From Ranitomeya imitator (Eukaryota): 64,000 bases of DNA. The translations under genes and the position numbers were made by a program. The notes under the pieces were generated by a model. It saw nothing but the letters and a program-made list of their open reading frames with translations, ran no database searches and was not told the DNA's origin. Below, piece by piece: positions 60,323 through 64,000 of this stretch. The stretch lies in assembly GCF_032444005.1 (NCBI RefSeq), contig NC_091283.1, forward strand, positions 500,464,001 to 500,528,000, in the 5' to 3' direction. Position 1 is the stretch's first letter; the number at the start of each line of letters is the position of its first letter.

Positions 60323-63300
60323 GCGCCAGTAGTGCGCTTCCTGACCCACGTCTGGGTGCTTAGTGGTGCCTGCCAGCACGGCACAGTTCGCACTTCGGTG
60401 CTCTAATTAAGAGTTGCCTAATACACCCTGTTGCGGTGTTGTGTCAGCAAGTGGTCTAATCGGACTTCTATCCTAGTTGGGGTTAAGTTCGCTGACTGCT
60501 TGCTCGCCTTCTATGTGCGGTACCGCGATCCTGTGACGCAACAGGATCGCTTCCTTCACGTTGGGTGAAGTTTAACCCACGCGAGTATACTTATGAGTAC
60601 CGCCATATAGTCCATCATTACTCAGCAGCAGGTTCCATCTCTGCACGGTGGACCCCGGGCTACGAACGCACCGTACACTATCAGTCTTATTATTTGGTGC
60701 GTTCCTCTAGCCCTAACATTACACTAGCGCCAGGGTCTGGCTAGTGATGACGGACAAACAGCAATCCCTGCGGTATATACAGCAGCTGGAAGGTAGGTTG
60801 GCGGCTCTCGAGAGCGCAACACCAGCTGTGGATGTTACCGCAGTTGCTGTACAGGCTGCCAGCGTGGCTGCAGTAACTTTGTCCATTGCCACCCCTGTTC
60901 CGACATTTTCTCGCCTCCCGCTGCCAGAAAAATTTTCTGGTAATAGCAAATTTTGTAGGGGATTCGTGAGTCAGTGTTCTATTCATCTCGAGCTTTTGGC
61001 TGCACGTTTCCCCACAGAGCGGGCTAAGGTGGGATTTATTGTGTCTCTATTGTCGGACAGGGCGTTGGAATGGGCTACGCCGCTGTGGGAGCGTGGCGAT
61101 CATGTGGTGCAGAGTGCTCCTCTGTTTTTGAGCACTTTAAAACAGGTCTTTTTAGGACCTCAAGTCACCCATGACACTGCGCTCCAACTGCTGGCATTAA
61201 CTCAGGGTGAGTCCTTGGTCAGTCATTTTGCCGTCCAATTCCGCACTTTAGCATCTGAGCTGGAATGGTCGGATATAGCTCTTATCCCCATATTTTGGAC
61301 GGGCTTGGCTGACCATGTAAAGGACGCTCTGGCCACTAGGGAGATTCCTGCCACACTGGAGGAGTTAATAACAGTCTCCACTCGAATTGACCTCCGTTTT
61401 AACGAGCGGAGGTTAGAGCGAGCCCGGTGTAGGCAGATGTTTCGGCTGGCTCCTACTTTCGCCAAACCTCTGGAATCTCCGGTCCTGGTTCCTGAGTCAC
61501 ATGAGGCCAGGGAAGTGTCACAAGCGGGACCTAAGTCCCGGACCGCTTGTGCACTCAGGGTCTGTCATGTTTGCCAGCAGTCTGGACATTTAGCCACCAG
61601 ATGTCCTCAGCGGTCGAGGAAACGTCAGCGTCTAGTGGTCGTAGGTGGAGGTACACTAGACACGGCGACGTTTGCCTCTAAATTGTCCTTTAAGGGGACA
61701 ATTACTTTAGGCTCATTCTCCCACTCGGTAGAGCTCTGCGTGGATTCTGGGGCGGAGGGCAATTTTATGTCTTCTGCCTTTGCCCAACGCCACGCAATAC
61801 CTCTGGTTATGCTAGCTCAACCTGTAACGGTACGAGTGGTGAATGGGTCGACTCTGCCCTCACAGATAACTCACCAGACCATCCCTTTTACTCTGTCCAT
61901 GTCGCCATCTCATCAGGAGATTATTTCTCTGCTCGTCATTCCAGAGGGAATTGATGAAGTCCTGTTGGGAATACCTTGGCTACGGTACCACTCTCCTCAT
62001 ATCGAGTGGTCCTCAGGCAGAATTCTGGGATGGGGTGAATCTTGTGGGGGTAGGTGTCAGAGGGAGTGCGTTCAGGTAGCTACAACTGAGGTACCCGCAG
62101 ATCTTTCCTCTCTCCCCAAGCAGTATTGGTCGTATGCAGACGTATTCTCCAAAAAGGCGGCGGAGACCCTTCCGCCCCATCGCCCCTATGACTGACCTAT
62201 TGACCTCTTGCCTGGTGCTGAGCCTCCCCGGGGTCGAGTCTATCCGCTATCTCTCCCGGAGACGGAGGCAATGTCACAGTACATCCAGGAAAATCTGGCA
62301 AGAGGGTTCATCAGGAAGTCAGTGTCACCTGCTGGGGCAGGGTTCTTCTTCGTGCAGAAGAAGAGTGGGGAATTGCGTCCATGCATAGACTACAGGGGTC
62401 TTAACGCCATCACCGTTAAGAATAAATACCCTTTGCCTTTGATATCTGAACTGTTTGATAGGCTTCGGGGAGCAAGGGTATTTACTAAATTAGATCTGCG
62501 GGGTGCTTACAACCTGATTCGCATCCGTGAGGGGGACGAATGGAAGACGGCTTTTAACACCAGGGATGGGCATCATGAATATCTGGTGATGCCCTTTGGG
62601 CTCTGTAATGCCCCAGCCGTTTTCCAAGACTTTGTGAACGATATCTTCCGGGATATGCTTTCCACCTCGGTCGTAGTCTATCTGGATGATATTCTCATCT
62701 ACTCTCCAGATATTGACTCCCACCGGAGAGATGTTTGCAAAGTCTTCGACCTCCTACGGGCAAACTCCCTCTATGCCAAGTTGGAGAAGTGTATGTTTGA
62801 GCAGGAGTTCTTACCTTTCCTAGGCTACATTATCTCAGCCCAGGGATTGGCTATGGATCCTGCCAAACTACAGGCTGTGATGGACTGGCAGGAACCCCAT
62901 TCTCTTAAAGCGGTGCAGCGCTTTATGGGGTTCATCAATTATTATCGCCAGTTCATTCCGCATTTCTCAACTTTGGTAGCTCCCTTGGTTGCCCTCACCA
63001 AGAAGGGGGCGAATCCCAAATTGTGGTCTGAGGAGGTCTCCAAGGCTTTTATCTCTATAAAGTCACACTTCGCTAGCGCTCCCATTCTTCATCGCCCCGA
63101 TGTTGATAAGCCATTTATCATGGAGGTGGATGCCTCTTCTGTTGGTGCTGGAGCAGTCCTCTTCCAAAAGGATGCTCAAGGTCGGAAGCATCCTTGCTTC
63201 TTTTTCTCCAAGACCTTCGCACCAGCAGAGAGGAATTATTCCATCGGGGACAGGGAGTTGCTAGCCATGAAGTTGGCTTTATCGGAGTGGAGACATCTCT

Positions 63301-64000
63301 TGGAGGGAGCACGTTTTCCCTTCCAAGTCTTCACAGATCACAAAAATTTGGTGTATCTGCAGACAGCTCAGCGGTTGAATTCTCGCCAGGCCAGATGGTC
63401 CTTGTTCTTCTCCCGGTTTCATTTCACCCTCCATTTCCTTTCTGGGGAGAAGAACATTCGGGCCGACGCTCTCTCTCGCTCCGTTGTGTCATCTGCGGAG
63501 GAGGAGGAGGAGCCTCGGCTTATTGTCCCCACCGAGAGTTTGAGAACCGTGGCCCCGGTTTTGCTGGAGTCTGTGCCCCCGGGCAAGGCTTTTGTTCCAT
63601 CTAGTTTGTGACCGGAGGTTCTCTCTTGGGCGCACTCGTCCAGGGTGGGTGGACATTTTGGTACTAAAAGGACATCAGAGTTACTGGCGAGGACATACTG
63701 GTGGCCGCATATGGCTCGTGATGTCGCGGAGTACGTTCGGGCGTGTGTCTCTTGCGCCAGGAACAAGACTCCTCGGCAACGGCCAGCTGGTTTGCTATAT
63801 CCTCTGCCCGTGGCTGACAGGCCCTGGGAGATGGTCGGGATGGACTTTGTGGTTGGCTTACCCAAGTCTCGTAATTGCACTATTATCTGGGTGATCACCG
63901 ATCATTTTTCCAAAATGGTGCATTTGGTGCCTCTTCCACGGCTACCATCTGCACGGGCGTTGGCTGTCTTGTTTATCAAGCATATCTTTCGCTTACACGG
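60323..64000 (+). mobile_element. Gypsy (sushi/Tf1-like) LTR retrotransposon with 5'-truncated 5' LTR (60323-60718); runs off the window
   Basis: LTR part 99% identical (4 differences in 396 bp) to 59311-59706; PBS 60720-60730; gag-pol from 60744. Confidence 0.95.
60744..64000 (+). pseudogene. gag-pol (capsid, CCHC knuckle, protease, RT, RNase H, integrase) in one frame with two nonsense codons
   Basis: [51 protein letters not shown] zinc finger, GMDFVVGLP; TGA at 62193-62195 and 63609-63611. Confidence 0.93.

Noticed and set aside
60719-60735. tRNA primer-binding site
   Set aside because: No TGG start; better explained by self-complementarity to the LTR transcript 5' end.

Overview
Eukaryotic, repeat-rich vertebrate genomic DNA, most likely from a frog (inferred from the keratin and transposon repertoire). 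The window covers part of a type I keratin gene cluster. It holds the 3' six exons of a highly divergent keratin (+, 1564-7319) and three complete 8-exon type I keratins (-, 29884-34053; -, 36316-40247; +, 51198-55575). The three complete genes have heads of about 20% histidine and His-rich tails. The rest is densely nested mobile DNA: seven Tc1-family transposons (one intact DD34E, one DD38E-type), a 5'-truncated Penelope-like element (PLE) with an open RT+GIY-YIG frame and a hammerhead ribozyme, two short hammerhead-bearing insertions, three solo LTRs, and a sushi/Tf1-like Gypsy element with a self-priming PBS and a short-circuited -1 frameshift signal. There are also Helitron termini (one with STPR-like protein repeats), a Copia remnant, an L2 fragment, hAT/Harbinger/Kolobok/pogo/Ginger-like MITEs and several minisatellites. 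No CRISPR, rRNA or tRNA genes were found. All coordinates were read by hand; no database searches were run.
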